DNA from: Pseudomonadota bacterium
GTDB taxonomy: Bacteria > Pseudomonadota > Gammaproteobacteria > Acidiferrobacterales > UBA6901
Length of the DNA: 64,000 nt
Reading direction: 5' to 3'
Assembly: GCA_021819085.1 (NCBI GenBank)
Contig: JAKASJ010000011.1
Coordinates: 13,604 to 77,603, forward strand
This document shows, piece by piece, positions 13,509-22,770 of this stretch; position 1 is the stretch's first letter, and each line of letters begins with the position of its first letter. A model generated the notes under the pieces. It was not told the origin of the DNA. It worked only from the letters and a program-made list of their open reading frames with translations, and made no database searches. The position numbers were made by a program, and so were the translations under genes.

Positions 13509-14981
13509 TCATTCCGTGCCCGCAAGCTGAGCGGCCTCCTCCAGGCGCCGTCTGATGCGTGCCGGTCCGAGCAGGTTCCATATCCGCTCAAGCGCCGGTC
13601 CGTGCGGCCATACCCTCGGCCACTTGGAATCATATACCGCCCCGGTCAGCGCGGCACGCAACGGCATGAACAGCGATTTACCCTGCACTCCGGTAGCGGC
13701 TCTGAGCGTTCCGCTGAAGCTCCTGAAATCGGCTTCCTTGCCCTGCAGGCAGTCGAGCGCGGAACGGAAAAACGCTTCGCCAGCCCGACCGATCACATCG
13801 CGCGCTTCGCTGTCGTAGGCGACGCCGGCAAACAGGTTCCCCGCCCAGACATACGCATCGAGCGGCGTCATGACGTTTTCCCGCACGGTCTGAACGAACG
13901 CTCCCACCAGGTCCGGGGGTACGAGACGCTCTAACCGCCCGCCGTCCGGATGGACGGCGGCGTTCAACCATTGCCACAGTTCGTCCTCGGGGGCGCGCAG
14001 AACCGCCTCCTTTTGCCAATGGAGAAGCTGCGCTTCGTCGTAGCGCGCCGGTGCACGATGAAGGCGATCGACTCCGAACGCAGCTGCCAGGCCATCCAGT
14101 GACAGCAACTCATTGGCGTCGTAGGTATGTCCGAGGCGTGCGATGTAGTTGTTGATGGCGAGCGGAAGGAATCCGCCCTCGCGCAGCTCCTGCACACTGC
14201 GGCTGCCGGTACGCTTGGACAGCGGCGAACCGTCCGCGCCCACCACCATTGCGATATGGGCATATTCGGGCAACGGCAGGTCCAGGGACTGCAGGATCAG
14301 AATCTGCCGTGGCGTGTTTGCCAGGTGGTCCTCGCCGCGCACCACCAGCGTGACGCCCATCACGGCATCATCGATGGCATTGCTGAAAAAGAATGACGGA
14401 GTGCCATCCGACCGGCGAATGATGAAGTCCCCGATATCCTCGGTGCGGAACAGCTGGCGGCCGCGGACCCTGTCGTCGAACTCGACTGAGGTGCTCCTGC
14501 CTACGTGAAAGCGAAGCGTGGCCGGAGAGCCGGCAGCAAGACGCTCCTGCACCTGCTCTTTTGTCAGAAGGCGGCAGCGGCCCGAATAACGCGGTGGCCG
14601 TCCGGCGGCCATCTGTGCGCGGCGCTCGGCCTCGAGCTCGTGTTCGGTGCAAAAGCACCGGTAAGCGAAGCCCCGCTCCAGAAGAAGGTCAAAATACCGG
14701 GCATAAACCGGTCCGCGCTGTGATTGGAAGTAGGGCCCGTTCGCCCCGCCCGTCTGTGGCCCCTCGTCCCAGACCAGACCCAGCCACCGCAGGTCGTCCT
14801 CGAGTGCCCGTGCATAGCGCTCATGCCCCCGCACGGCATCGGTATCCTCGATCCGGAGCAGAAACACGCCTCGGCGACTTCGGGCCAACAGAAAATTGAA
14901 CAACGCTGTGCGAATATTGCCCAGGTGCAAAAGCCCAGTAGGGCTCGGTGCGAACCGGGTCTTGAAAGAAGTGCCGTTCAT
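13509..14981 (-). CDS. gltX: Glutamate--tRNA ligase
   Basis: 490 aa. FAPSPTGLLHLGNIRTA (HIGH-type), PLSKRTGS (KMSKS-type), Cys cluster YRCFCT...SGRC, full-length anticodon-binding C-terminus. Confidence 0.9.
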   Translation of the reverse strand: MNGTSFKTRFAPSPTGLLHLGNIRTALFNFLLARSRRGVFLLRIEDTDAVRGHERYARALEDDLRWLGLVWDEGPQTGGANGPYFQSQRGPVYARYFDLLLERGFAYRCFCTEHELEAERRAQMAAGRPPRYSGRCRLLTKEQVQERLAAGSPATLRFHVGRSTSVEFDDRVRGRQLFRTEDIGDFIIRRSDGTPSFFFSNAIDDAVMGVTLVVRGEDHLANTPRQILILQSLDLPLPEYAHIAMVVGADGSPLSKRTGSRSVQELREGGFLPLAINNYIARLGHTYDANELLSLDGLAAAFGVDRLHRAPARYDEAQLLHWQKEAVLRAPEDELWQWLNAAVHPDGGRLERLVPPDLVGAFVQTVRENVMTPLDAYVWAGNLFAGVAYDSEARDVIGRAGEAFFRSALDCLQGKEADFRSFSGTLRAATGVQGKSLFMPLRAALTGAVYDSKWPRVWPHGPALERIWNLLGPARIRRRLEEAAQLAGTE

Positions 14982-15030
14982 CCTAGAGGGAATGGTAACG
15001 AAGCATTGCCTGGATTAAAATACGCACTCG

Positions 15031-15072
15031 TCGAAAGGGGCGGGCAATTGTCAAAAAGGACAACCCTTTCGA
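15031..15072. repeat. Nested inverted repeat in the divergent gltX / ppiB intergenic region
   Basis: TCGAAAGGG (15031-15039) pairs with CCCTTTCGA (15064-15072), 9 bp perfect. An inner TTGTC (15048-15052) pairs with GACAA (15059-15063). Confidence 0.5.
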
Positions 15073-15118
15073 TCGTCCGGCTATCTTCTTCGAAAAATAA
15101 ACGAGTGGTAATCATATT

Positions 15119-15619
15119 ATGAAACGGGTACGCATGCTGACAAGCTACGGCGCGATCATCCTTGAACTTGACGAGCAAAGGGCGCCCAAGTCCGCGGCGA
15201 ATTTCCTCGCCTATGTCCGCGAAGGGTTTTTCGATGGAACCCTGTTTCACCGTGTCATCGACAATTTCATGATCCAGGGCGGCGGGTTCAACACCGGCAT
15301 GACGCAAAAGGCCACGCACGCACCGATCGAAAACGAAGCCATGAACGGATTGCGCAACGAGCGCGGCACCGTGGCCATGGCGCGCACGAGCGATCCGCAT
15401 TCCGCCACCAGCCAGTTCTTCATCAACGTGGTCGACAACGATTTCCTGAACTACACGGCACCCAGCCCTGCGGGCTGGGGCTACTGCGTATTCGGGAAGG
15501 TCACCGACGGCATGACCGTGGTGGACCGGATCAAGGGTGTCCCCACCGGCAGCAGAGGCGGCCACAAGAACGTGCCGCTCACCGAAGTCATTATTGAGAG
15601 CGTATCCGAGATCGAATAA
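15119..15619 (+). CDS. ppiB: Peptidyl-prolyl cis-trans isomerase B (cyclophilin type)
   Basis: 166 aa with the [15 protein letters not shown] cyclophilin core. An alternative start is at Met6 (15134). Confidence 0.93.
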   Translation: MKRVRMLTSYGAIILELDEQRAPKSAANFLAYVREGFFDGTLFHRVIDNFMIQGGGFNTGMTQKATHAPIENEAMNGLRNERGTVAMARTSDPHSATSQFFINVVDNDFLNYTAPSPAGWGYCVFGKVTDGMTVVDRIKGVPTGSRGGHKNVPLTEVIIESVSEIE

Positions 15620-15654
15620 CCCTGGCGGCGCGGTCTCTTCGCATAATCCACCAC

Positions 15655-16377
15655 ATGGCCACCTTGTTCATTTCCGATCTGCACCTCAGCGCGGAGCGGC
15701 CGGCCATCATCGATCTTTTCCTGCGATTCCTGCGTGAACGCGGCGCGGGCAGCGATGCGCTCTATATCCTGGGCGACCTGTTCGAGTACTGGATCGGCGA
15801 CGATGCTGCCGGCTACAGCGGCTATCTGCCGGTGATGGACGGCCTGCGGTCATTGACCAGCGCCGGAACGCCGGTGTACCTGATGCATGGCAACCGGGAT
15901 TTCCTGCTGGCCGGCGGATTCGAGCAGGCCACGGGCGCACGCCTGCTGCCAGAGCCGGCGTTAATCGACCTGTACGGCGAAGCGGTGCTGCTGATGCACG
16001 GCGACACCTTGTGCACCGACGACATCGAATACCAGAGGTTTCGCGCCACGGTGCGCGATCCTGCATGGATTGCCCAGTTCGTCGCAAAGAGCCTGGAGGA
16101 ACGCCAGGCCATCGTCCGCAACCTGCGCGAAACCAGCAAGGCCGCGACGGCCGCAAAGAAACCGGAAATCATGGACGTGAACCAGAACGCGGTCGAATCG
16201 GTTATGACCGCGCACCGCATCGTCAGGCTGATTCACGGCCATACCCATAGACCGTCAATGCATGAGTTCCCGCTGAACGGGAAGACTGCGCACCGCACGG
16301 TCCTGGGAGACTGGTACGACCAGGGCAGCGTTCTGGTCTGCACGCCGGAATCCTGCGTCCTTGAACAGCTGGGCTGA
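15655..16377 (+). CDS. lpxH: UDP-2,3-diacylglucosamine diphosphatase
   Basis: 240 aa. Metallophosphoesterase motifs FISDLHL, GDLFEYWIGDD, HGNRD. The ppiB-lpxH pairing matches E. coli. Confidence 0.92.
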   Translation: MATLFISDLHLSAERPAIIDLFLRFLRERGAGSDALYILGDLFEYWIGDDAAGYSGYLPVMDGLRSLTSAGTPVYLMHGNRDFLLAGGFEQATGARLLPEPALIDLYGEAVLLMHGDTLCTDDIEYQRFRATVRDPAWIAQFVAKSLEERQAIVRNLRETSKAATAAKKPEIMDVNQNAVESVMTAHRIVRLIHGHTHRPSMHEFPLNGKTAHRTVLGDWYDQGSVLVCTPESCVLEQLG

Positions 16378-16468
16378 TGCCGGCAGTCGGCGGACTCGCC
16401 GGGATCCGCCAACAAATCCGGACGGCGAGCGCGCTTCCGATACACCGCGATCCGCTTGCGGATTTTCC

Positions 16469-17203
16469 TCAAGGACCGGCGCCGCCGGCCATCTGCCCGA
16501 CACTGTAGCGCCGGTAATGGGACGGAAGCGCAAAAAGGCTGGACGCCACAGGCACTGCGGTCCGGAAGTTCAGCAGCTGTCGAGAAGCGCCGGCGTCATC
16601 CCTCTGCCTCACCGGGAATCCTAAATCGAGATAGCGGGCCGGCCTGAATATGTAGTTCGACAGGTCGCACACCGAACGCATCGACCGCGGAGTCCTGGCT
16701 TCGGTGATGGCCTGCTCGCCTGCCAGGACCCGCTGGTATTCACGCAGCGCCGCCACGGCATCCGGCAGAAGGCCGGCGGCGGCATAGACGTCGAAACAGC
16801 GCTTGCCGTTAGTGAAAAACGTGTAGTGCACGACTCTCTTCCCTGCGACCGCCGGGAAGTCGCGCCGGTCCTTCACAACCCGCTGCCGGAATCTGGCCGG
16901 CCGGGGGAATGCGATCTTTTCCGGCGTGATCACCAGGATTGTCCGATCCGACCGGCTTACGCTGTAGACGGTGCGCGTCGCCCGGTTCAGAAGGATGAAG
17001 CCGCCGCCATCTGCGCCGTTATCCATGCGAAGATACTGCGGCGTAATCAACATGCGCGCCTCGTACGGGGCGCCGCCTGTGTCCCGTTCCGAAAACGTCA
17101 GTATGGTCGCCGACTGGGTGGCAGTCACCGCGCGTGCGATGCCGGGTCCCAGTACGATGGCGAGCGCCAAAACGCCGCTCCGGACAATATGCCTGACCGA
17201 CAT
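16469..17203 (-). CDS. Hypothetical exported protein
   Basis: ORF 16469..17563 trimmed to aa 121 (MSVRHIVRSGVLALAIVLGPGIARA/VTA, a signal-peptide-like N-terminus). GAGGAA SD upstream. The ORF's 5' extension overlaps the glycerate kinase gene. I recognise no family motif. Confidence 0.7.
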   Translation of the reverse strand: MSVRHIVRSGVLALAIVLGPGIARAVTATQSATILTFSERDTGGAPYEARMLITPQYLRMDNGADGGGFILLNRATRTVYSVSRSDRTILVITPEKIAFPRPARFRQRVVKDRRDFPAVAGKRVVHYTFFTNGKRCFDVYAAAGLLPDAVAALREYQRVLAGEQAITEARTPRSMRSVCDLSNYIFRPARYLDLGFPVRQRDDAGASRQLLNFRTAVPVASSLFALPSHYRRYSVGQMAGGAGP

Positions 17204-17217
17204 GAGTATGTGTTCCT

Positions 17218-18468
17218 CTATTCCCGCAACGCCAATTTCAGCCCCAGCACGAGGTCGGTCACGTTGGTCCCCGTCGGGCCGGTGTACAGCAGGTCTGCGC
17301 TGGCATCCAGGAAGCTGCCGGCATCGGCGCTGCTGATCGCCGTTTCCTCGTCCAGGCCGGCTGCACGTCCACGATCTACGGTGCCGCCATCCACCAGCGC
17401 TCCGGCATCGATGCCCGGTCCGTCGCTGCCGTCGGTGCCGGCGGCAAGCAGCAGCGCATCGCCATGGCCGCGCAGTCGCGTCGCCGCCGCCAGCGCCAGG
17501 CTCTGATTGCGCCCTCCCCGGCCCGGGTGCGGCGGCAGCCGCACGCCGGTCTCGCCACCCCATACGTGCAAGGTCATGCCGGAACTGCCGAGAAGTTCAC
17601 GCGCGATCCGCCGTCCGTTCTCGGCGGCATCGCCCCGGATCGCCGGAGCATGCACGATAGCCCGATAACCCAGCCCGCGTGCCGCGTCGGCAGCCGCCTG
17701 CATGGCATCCTCAAGCGTGGCGACGATATGGTATCTGACGTTTCCGAACACCGACGGTTCCGGATCCGCTGGCTGCCCGACATGTTCGATCAGCGCACGC
17801 AGCAACGGTGGAAAATCCTCCGGCAACGCCATCACCGGGCGCACATCGTTCACCAGCAGCCCGGAACCGATCGTCGCGGCGTCATTGCCTGGCACGTCCG
17901 AAATCGCAAGGCATAGCACTGGCCGCGGTGCCAGCAGGCCAGCAAGTCTTCCGCCCTTGATCAGCGACAGGCGCTTGCGCACGGCATTGATGGCGGCAAT
18001 ATCGAGTCCCGATGCAAGCAGCCATTCGTTTATTGCCCGCAGTTCGATGAGGCCAATCCCGCACGTCGGGCACTCCGCCAGCACCGATGCTCCGCCCGAA
18101 AGCAGCACCAGCACGCTGGCTTCGCGGGGCAGGCGCCCAATATAGTCGAGCAGGCCCGAGCCCGCCTCGATGCTGCGGATATCCGGCAGCGGGTGGCCCG
18201 CCTCGAGCACCGGCCAGGGCAGAACCTCCGCATGACCGTGCTTGGTGACCACCCAGGCGTCGCCGACCGCCGCGCCCAGCACCTCGCCCGCGGCACGCGC
18301 CATCGGACAGGCGGCCTTGCCGAGGGCGATGATGCAAACGGGACCAGTCAGCGGATGCGCACGCAGGAATGCCTCGACCCGGCTAGCGCCATGGACCGCC
18401 GCCAGCGCCGAATGAAAAATGCTCAGCAGATGGTCGCGCGGGCCACGGTATCGCGGTGCTCCGGACAT
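17218..18468 (-). CDS. Glycerate 2-kinase / hydroxypyruvate reductase-like protein (DUF4147 + MOFRL architecture)
   Basis: 416 aa. N-terminal IIALGKAACPMA and VLLSGGASVL motifs. The C-terminal LLAAGTDGSDGPGIDAGALVD and TGPTGTNVTDL are typical of MOFRL-family glycerate kinases. Confidence 0.8.
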   Translation of the reverse strand: MSGAPRYRGPRDHLLSIFHSALAAVHGASRVEAFLRAHPLTGPVCIIALGKAACPMARAAGEVLGAAVGDAWVVTKHGHAEVLPWPVLEAGHPLPDIRSIEAGSGLLDYIGRLPREASVLVLLSGGASVLAECPTCGIGLIELRAINEWLLASGLDIAAINAVRKRLSLIKGGRLAGLLAPRPVLCLAISDVPGNDAATIGSGLLVNDVRPVMALPEDFPPLLRALIEHVGQPADPEPSVFGNVRYHIVATLEDAMQAAADAARGLGYRAIVHAPAIRGDAAENGRRIARELLGSSGMTLHVWGGETGVRLPPHPGRGGRNQSLALAAATRLRGHGDALLLAAGTDGSDGPGIDAGALVDGGTVDRGRAAGLDEETAISSADAGSFLDASADLLYTGPTGTNVTDLVLGLKLALRE

Positions 18469-18485
18469 CGTCGGTCCGCCGCGAA

Positions 18486-19084
18486 CTACGAGCGGCGCGC
18501 GGCGCCGACGCCACGCAGCCGCGCTTCCATCAGTCCGACAAGGGCGCTCGCGGTACCGGATCCACCCAGCCGCAGATGCTCGATGGCCTGCCGCCGGTCC
18601 TCCTCCGGCCGAGTCTGGCTGGGCTTGAACTTTCCCGGTATGTCGGTGATCCCGATCTCGAAACCGACGATCTCGGCGAGCAGCCGATCAGGCTCTGTTT
18701 CGGGCAGACCAGGTTTCCATGGCTGCACACGGCGCGACTCGTGTTCGGTGATGAGCTGCTCAAGCATGGAGCGAACGGTCGGAGCATGATCGATGATCCG
18801 GCCCTCGCCATACACATGGACCGCGGCGCAGTTCCAGATCGGCACACCGAAGGACCGATACCCCGGGGGCAACACATATGCATGCGGTCCCTGGAATGTT
18901 ACACGGACCGGATTGCCGCGCACCATATGCCCGAGCAGCCGGCCGTTGGCTTCCCCGGTGACGTCGCGCAGGAAGGGAATATGGCACGCGGCCGGGCACG
19001 CCGTCACAGACCGAAGCGGTGGTTGCAAATGGAATTGCCCAGGCATTCGCGCCCGTCTTCCCGGAAATGCGCCGGAACATACAT
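18486..19084 (-). pseudogene. paiB: PaiB-family FMN-binding regulator with frame disruptions near the 5' end
   Basis: The body (ORF 18486..19046) ends in the PaiB-like IGFEIGITDIPGKFKPSQ. The canonical N-terminus MYVPAHFREDGR, with strong SD GGAGAGGA, starts at 19084 in a different frame and hits a stop after 26 codons. The conserved FAT motif (AIPFATTASVCDG) is in the third frame. Confidence 0.6.
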
Positions 19085-19119
19085 AGTGCTGTCCTCTCCC
19101 GACCCGCTACCGGTCGGCC

Positions 19120-20304
19120 CTATTTCAGACCGCGCTCCAGGTCCTCCTTGAGATCTTCCACATCCTCAAGTCCTACGGAAATGCGCACCAGGCCGTCGCT
19201 GATACCGGCCTGGGCGCGTTCCTCGGGCGTCAGCCGTCCATGGGTCGTGGTCGCCGGATGGGTGACGGTGGACTTGGTGTCGCCGAGATTGGCGGTGATC
19301 GAAATGATGCGCAATGCGTCGATGAGCTTCCAGGCTGCCGCCTTCCCCCCTTCCAGCTCGAAGGAGATCAGCCCGCCGAAATCCGATTGCTGGCGCTGCG
19401 CCAGAACGTGCTGCGGATGCGACGGCAGACCCGGGAAAAAAACGCGCCCGATACCGGGCTGGTGCGACAGCCACTGCGCGAGCACGTTGGCATTCGCACT
19501 GTGCGCCTTCATACGCAGCCCCAGGGTCTCCAGGCCCTTGAGGAACACCCAGGCGTTGAACGGACTCATGCTCGGACCGGCGGTGCGAAGAAAGCCGAAC
19601 ACCTCCTTGCCAACGCGTTCGCGGTCCCCAACCACGGCGCCGCCGAGGCAGCGGCCCTGCCCGTCGATATACTTGGTAGCCGAATGAATCACAATGTCGG
19701 CGCCGAGCAGAAGCGGGCGCTGCAGCGCCGGTGTGCAGAAGCAGTTATCGACCACCAGCAGGCAGCCGTGCTCGTGCGCCAACCGCGCCAGCGCCTCGAT
19801 GTCCGCCACTTCCGTGAGTGGGTTGGACGGCGTCTCGAGAAAAAGCAGGCGGGTATTTTTCCGGATCGCACGCTCCCATTCCCCGATGTCGGTGAGCGAC
19901 ACGAAACTCGTCTCGACGCCGAAACGCCCAAGATAGTTTCTGAACAGAACCACGCTCGTTCCGAAGATGCTGCGCGAGGCAACCATGTGGTCGCCCGCCT
20001 TCAGCAGGGCCGCACAGGTCGCCAGAATTGCCGACATGCCCGAGGCGGTGGCGACACAGGCCTCGCCACCCTCGAGCGCCGCCAGCCGCTGTTCGAACAT
20101 GCGTACGGTCGGATTGGTGAAACGCGAATAGATATTTCCGGGGCTCTCTCCGGAAAATCGCGCGGCCGCCTCGGCCGCACTCGAGAAAACGAAACTCGAG
20201 GTCGGAAAAATGGGCTCGGAGTGTTCCCCCTCGCTCGTATGTATCTGGCCAGACCGTACGGCGCGCGTGTCGAAACGCCAATTCTCGCGATCATCCTGGG
20301 ACAT
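19120..20304 (-). CDS. metZ: O-succinylhomoserine sulfhydrylase
   Basis: 394 aa. Cys/Met-metabolism PLP family with the PLP-lysine motif HSATKYIDGQGR. The N-terminus RFDTRAVRSGQ and the position next to purF match the Pseudomonas metZ. Confidence 0.88.
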   Translation of the reverse strand: MSQDDRENWRFDTRAVRSGQIHTSEGEHSEPIFPTSSFVFSSAAEAAARFSGESPGNIYSRFTNPTVRMFEQRLAALEGGEACVATASGMSAILATCAALLKAGDHMVASRSIFGTSVVLFRNYLGRFGVETSFVSLTDIGEWERAIRKNTRLLFLETPSNPLTEVADIEALARLAHEHGCLLVVDNCFCTPALQRPLLLGADIVIHSATKYIDGQGRCLGGAVVGDRERVGKEVFGFLRTAGPSMSPFNAWVFLKGLETLGLRMKAHSANANVLAQWLSHQPGIGRVFFPGLPSHPQHVLAQRQQSDFGGLISFELEGGKAAAWKLIDALRIISITANLGDTKSTVTHPATTTHGRLTPEERAQAGISDGLVRISVGLEDVEDLKEDLERGLK

Positions 20305-20360
20305 GCCCGCACCTCGTCTTCAAGTTCTGTTGGGTCCGGCAGCGACGGTCGGGGAGCGGG

Positions 20361-20452
20361 AACGGAAAACCCGCTTGCGCACAGCAGAAGCGGGTTCGTC
20401 TCGCTTTAGCGGTATTTTTACCGCGCCCGCAAGCTGAAGCTCAAATCGGCGC
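20361..20452 (-). promoter_or_regulatory. Structured 5' leader of metZ: helix/pseudoknot-like element followed by an intrinsic terminator (riboswitch or attenuator candidate)
   Basis: Minus strand reads GCGCC-GAUUUGAGCUUCAGCUUGCG-GGCGC. This overlaps hairpin GCGGUA-AAAA-UACCGC, followed by GCUAAAGCG. Next comes AACCCGCUU-cugcugugcgc-AAGCGGGUU (9 bp, 20396-20368) followed by UUUUCCGUU. It lies 56 nt upstream of the metZ ATG. Confidence 0.4.
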
Positions 20453-20463
20453 CGTTATCGAAA

Positions 20464-20492
20464 ACATTATCCCAGTACAGGCGCTTGGTCAA
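20464..20492 (-). promoter_or_regulatory. Putative sigma70 promoter for the metZ leader
   Basis: Minus strand reads TTGACC (20492-20487), 17 nt, TAATGT (20469-20464). It sits just upstream of the structured leader and about 70 nt downstream of the purF stop. Confidence 0.4.
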
Positions 20493-20561
20493 TCGGAAGT
20501 CGCGCGCCCCGCCCCGGAAGGACCGGCACGCCGGCTGTCGCTCCCGGTGGCCGGCAATCCC

Positions 20562-22073
20562 TCAGGGATAGGTATGCAGCTCCGGAGTTGCGAGCGCGGT
20601 CGGTACATCCGTGGAGCGCTTGGAGTCGCAGCGCGTGCGCTCGAGTCGATCCAGGTAGTCCTGGCTTACGTCACCGGTAATATACTCGCCGCTGAAGCAC
20701 GAGGTATCGAACTGGGTGATTCGCGGATTGCCCTCATGGGCGGCCGCGATAAGGTCATCCAAGTCCTGAAAAATCAACCGGTCGGCGCCGATGACAGCCG
20801 CGATCTGCGACTCGTCGCGCCCGTTCGCTACCAACTCGTGCACCGACGGCATGTCGATTCCGTACACGTTCGGATAGCGCACCGGTGGCGCAGCCGAGGC
20901 GAAGTACACCTTGCTGGCACCCGCCTCGCGCGCCATCTGTATGATCTGCTTCGACGTCGTTCCGCGCACGATGGAATCGTCCACCAGCAAGACATTTTTG
21001 CCGCGGAACTCGAGATCGATGGCGTTCAGCTTCTGCCGCACCGACTTCCTGCGCTGCGCCTGGCCGGGCATGATGAACGTCCTTCCGATGTAGCGGTTCT
21101 TGATGAACCCCTCGCGGTACTTGAGATCCATCGCGTAGGCCATCTGCAGCGCTGCCGTGCGACTGGTGTCGGGAATCGGTATCACCACGTCTATGTCGTG
21201 ATTGGGCCACTCGCGCAGTATCTTGCGCGCCAGCTTCTCCCCCATGCGCAACCGCGTCCGGTAGACCGAGATCCCGTCCATGATCGAATCGGGACGCGCC
21301 ATGTAGACATGCTCGAAGATGCACGGGACGTGACGCGGATTCTCGGCGCATTGCTGGGCGTGCACCTCTCCGTTGAGATCGACGAATAGAGCTTCGCCGG
21401 GCTCAATGTCGCGCACCAGATCGTAGCCCAGCACGTTGAGCGCAACGCTTTCCGAGGCAATCAAATGCTCGGGCCCCTCGTCGGTCTCGCGCTTGCCGTA
21501 CACCAGCGGCCGGATGCCAAACGGGTCGCGGAACGCCAGGATGCCGTAGCCAACGATCAGCAGGGTAACGGCGTAGGAACCGCGGCAGCGTCTATGGACT
21601 GCGGCGACCGCGCGGAATATGTGGTCCGGCGTGAGTTGCAGGTTGGCCTGCGCCTCGAGTTCATGGGCAAACACATTGAGCAGGATTTCGGAATCGGAAC
21701 TGGTATTGATATGCCGCAGATCCTCGCGGAACAATTCGTCCTTGAGCTGCGCGGCGTTGGTGAGGTTCCCGTTATGGGCAAGCGCCAGTCCGAATGGGGA
21801 GTTCACGTAGAATGGCTGCGCCTCGGCAGCGGAATCCCGGCCCGCTGTGGGATAGCGCACATGCCCGAGCCCGAGGTTCCCCTTGAGTTCGCGCATGTGA
21901 TGTGCTTGAAACACGTCACGCACCAGGCCATTGTCCTTGCGCAAGTGAACGCGCTGGCCATCGCTGGTAAGGATTCCCGCCGCATCCTGGCCGCGGTGCT
22001 GCAGCACCATCAGGCCATCGTAGATTGACTGATTTACCGGGCCCTTGGCCAGGATGCCGATGATACCGCACAT
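20562..22073 (-). CDS. purF: Amidophosphoribosyltransferase
   Basis: 503 aa. MCGIIGI N-terminal nucleophile and PRTase motif [13 protein letters not shown]. Confidence 0.96.
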   Translation of the reverse strand: MCGIIGILAKGPVNQSIYDGLMVLQHRGQDAAGILTSDGQRVHLRKDNGLVRDVFQAHHMRELKGNLGLGHVRYPTAGRDSAAEAQPFYVNSPFGLALAHNGNLTNAAQLKDELFREDLRHINTSSDSEILLNVFAHELEAQANLQLTPDHIFRAVAAVHRRCRGSYAVTLLIVGYGILAFRDPFGIRPLVYGKRETDEGPEHLIASESVALNVLGYDLVRDIEPGEALFVDLNGEVHAQQCAENPRHVPCIFEHVYMARPDSIMDGISVYRTRLRMGEKLARKILREWPNHDIDVVIPIPDTSRTAALQMAYAMDLKYREGFIKNRYIGRTFIMPGQAQRRKSVRQKLNAIDLEFRGKNVLLVDDSIVRGTTSKQIIQMAREAGASKVYFASAAPPVRYPNVYGIDMPSVHELVANGRDESQIAAVIGADRLIFQDLDDLIAAAHEGNPRITQFDTSCFSGEYITGDVSQDYLDRLERTRCDSKRSTDVPTALATPELHTYP

Positions 22074-22248
22074 AGGGAAAACCCTCCGACGCGTGAGCGG
22101 ATCGAACCATTGCCGCGGGCCGCTAGAAAAGCGGCGGCGTCACCAGCACCCGGGCCGGAGCCTGAATGCGGAAGATCAGCACAGCGAGTGCAAAGCAAAC
22201 GCGTATTTTGCGATTTAAGATGTCAAAAGTCCATGCAAGACTGGCAGG

Positions 22249-22737
22249 TCACGTAAAGCGGAACTGGTGTGCCACTTTCTCCGGCAGCATGCCACGCACC
22301 GTGAGCGCTGCGGATTCGAAGTAGGGCACCAGGGCCGAGTCGCGCCACCAGGATTTCTGCGGAAATGCGGTCAGCCCGGCAAGCAGCACCAGGACCACCA
22401 CCACGACCGCACCACGGAAGGCACCGAGCATTCCGCCGAACAGACGCCCGGCAACCCCCGGCATCGACGCGAAAAACAGCAGCCGCAGCACCAACGCGGC
22501 CAGCGTTACCGCGATGAACACCGCGGCAAACAGCAGGGCGAAGGCCACCACCTGGCGCAGCATCACACTCCCAACCCACGGAAACCAGCCGCCGATGCTG
22601 TCTGAGAACAGGTACGCGACGGAAATCGAAACGATCCAGGTCACGAGCGAGATTAGCTCGCGCAGCGCGCCGCGCAATACCCCGATCCCGGCGAAAAGCA
22701 GGACCATGATCGCGATGATGAAGTCGAGCTGACTCAT
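22249..22737 (-). CDS. cvpA: Colicin V production membrane protein CvpA
   Basis: ORF trimmed to MSQLDFIIAIMVLLFAGIGVLRG. Four hydrophobic segments. Lies in the conserved dedD-cvpA-purF position. Confidence 0.85.
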   Translation of the reverse strand: MSQLDFIIAIMVLLFAGIGVLRGALRELISLVTWIVSISVAYLFSDSIGGWFPWVGSVMLRQVVAFALLFAAVFIAVTLAALVLRLLFFASMPGVAGRLFGGMLGAFRGAVVVVVLVLLAGLTAFPQKSWWRDSALVPYFESAALTVRGMLPEKVAHQFRFT

Positions 22738-22770
22738 AAAAGCGAAGTTCGATGCCAGAACATGCTGCAA

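Noticed and set aside
16450-16466. A small hairpin, ATCCG-cttg-CGGAT followed by TTT, after lpxH as a possible intrinsic terminator.
   Set aside because: The stem is only 5 bp with a short T-run, and it overlaps the stop of the convergent hypothetical gene. This is too weak to call.
22195-22211. A PurR-box-like sequence, GCAAAC-gcgtat-TTTGC, between cvpA and purF.
   Set aside because: The half-sites are separated by 6 nt rather than forming the contiguous 16-bp ACGCAAACGTTTGCGT palindrome. PurR-type control is largely confined to enterics and close relatives.
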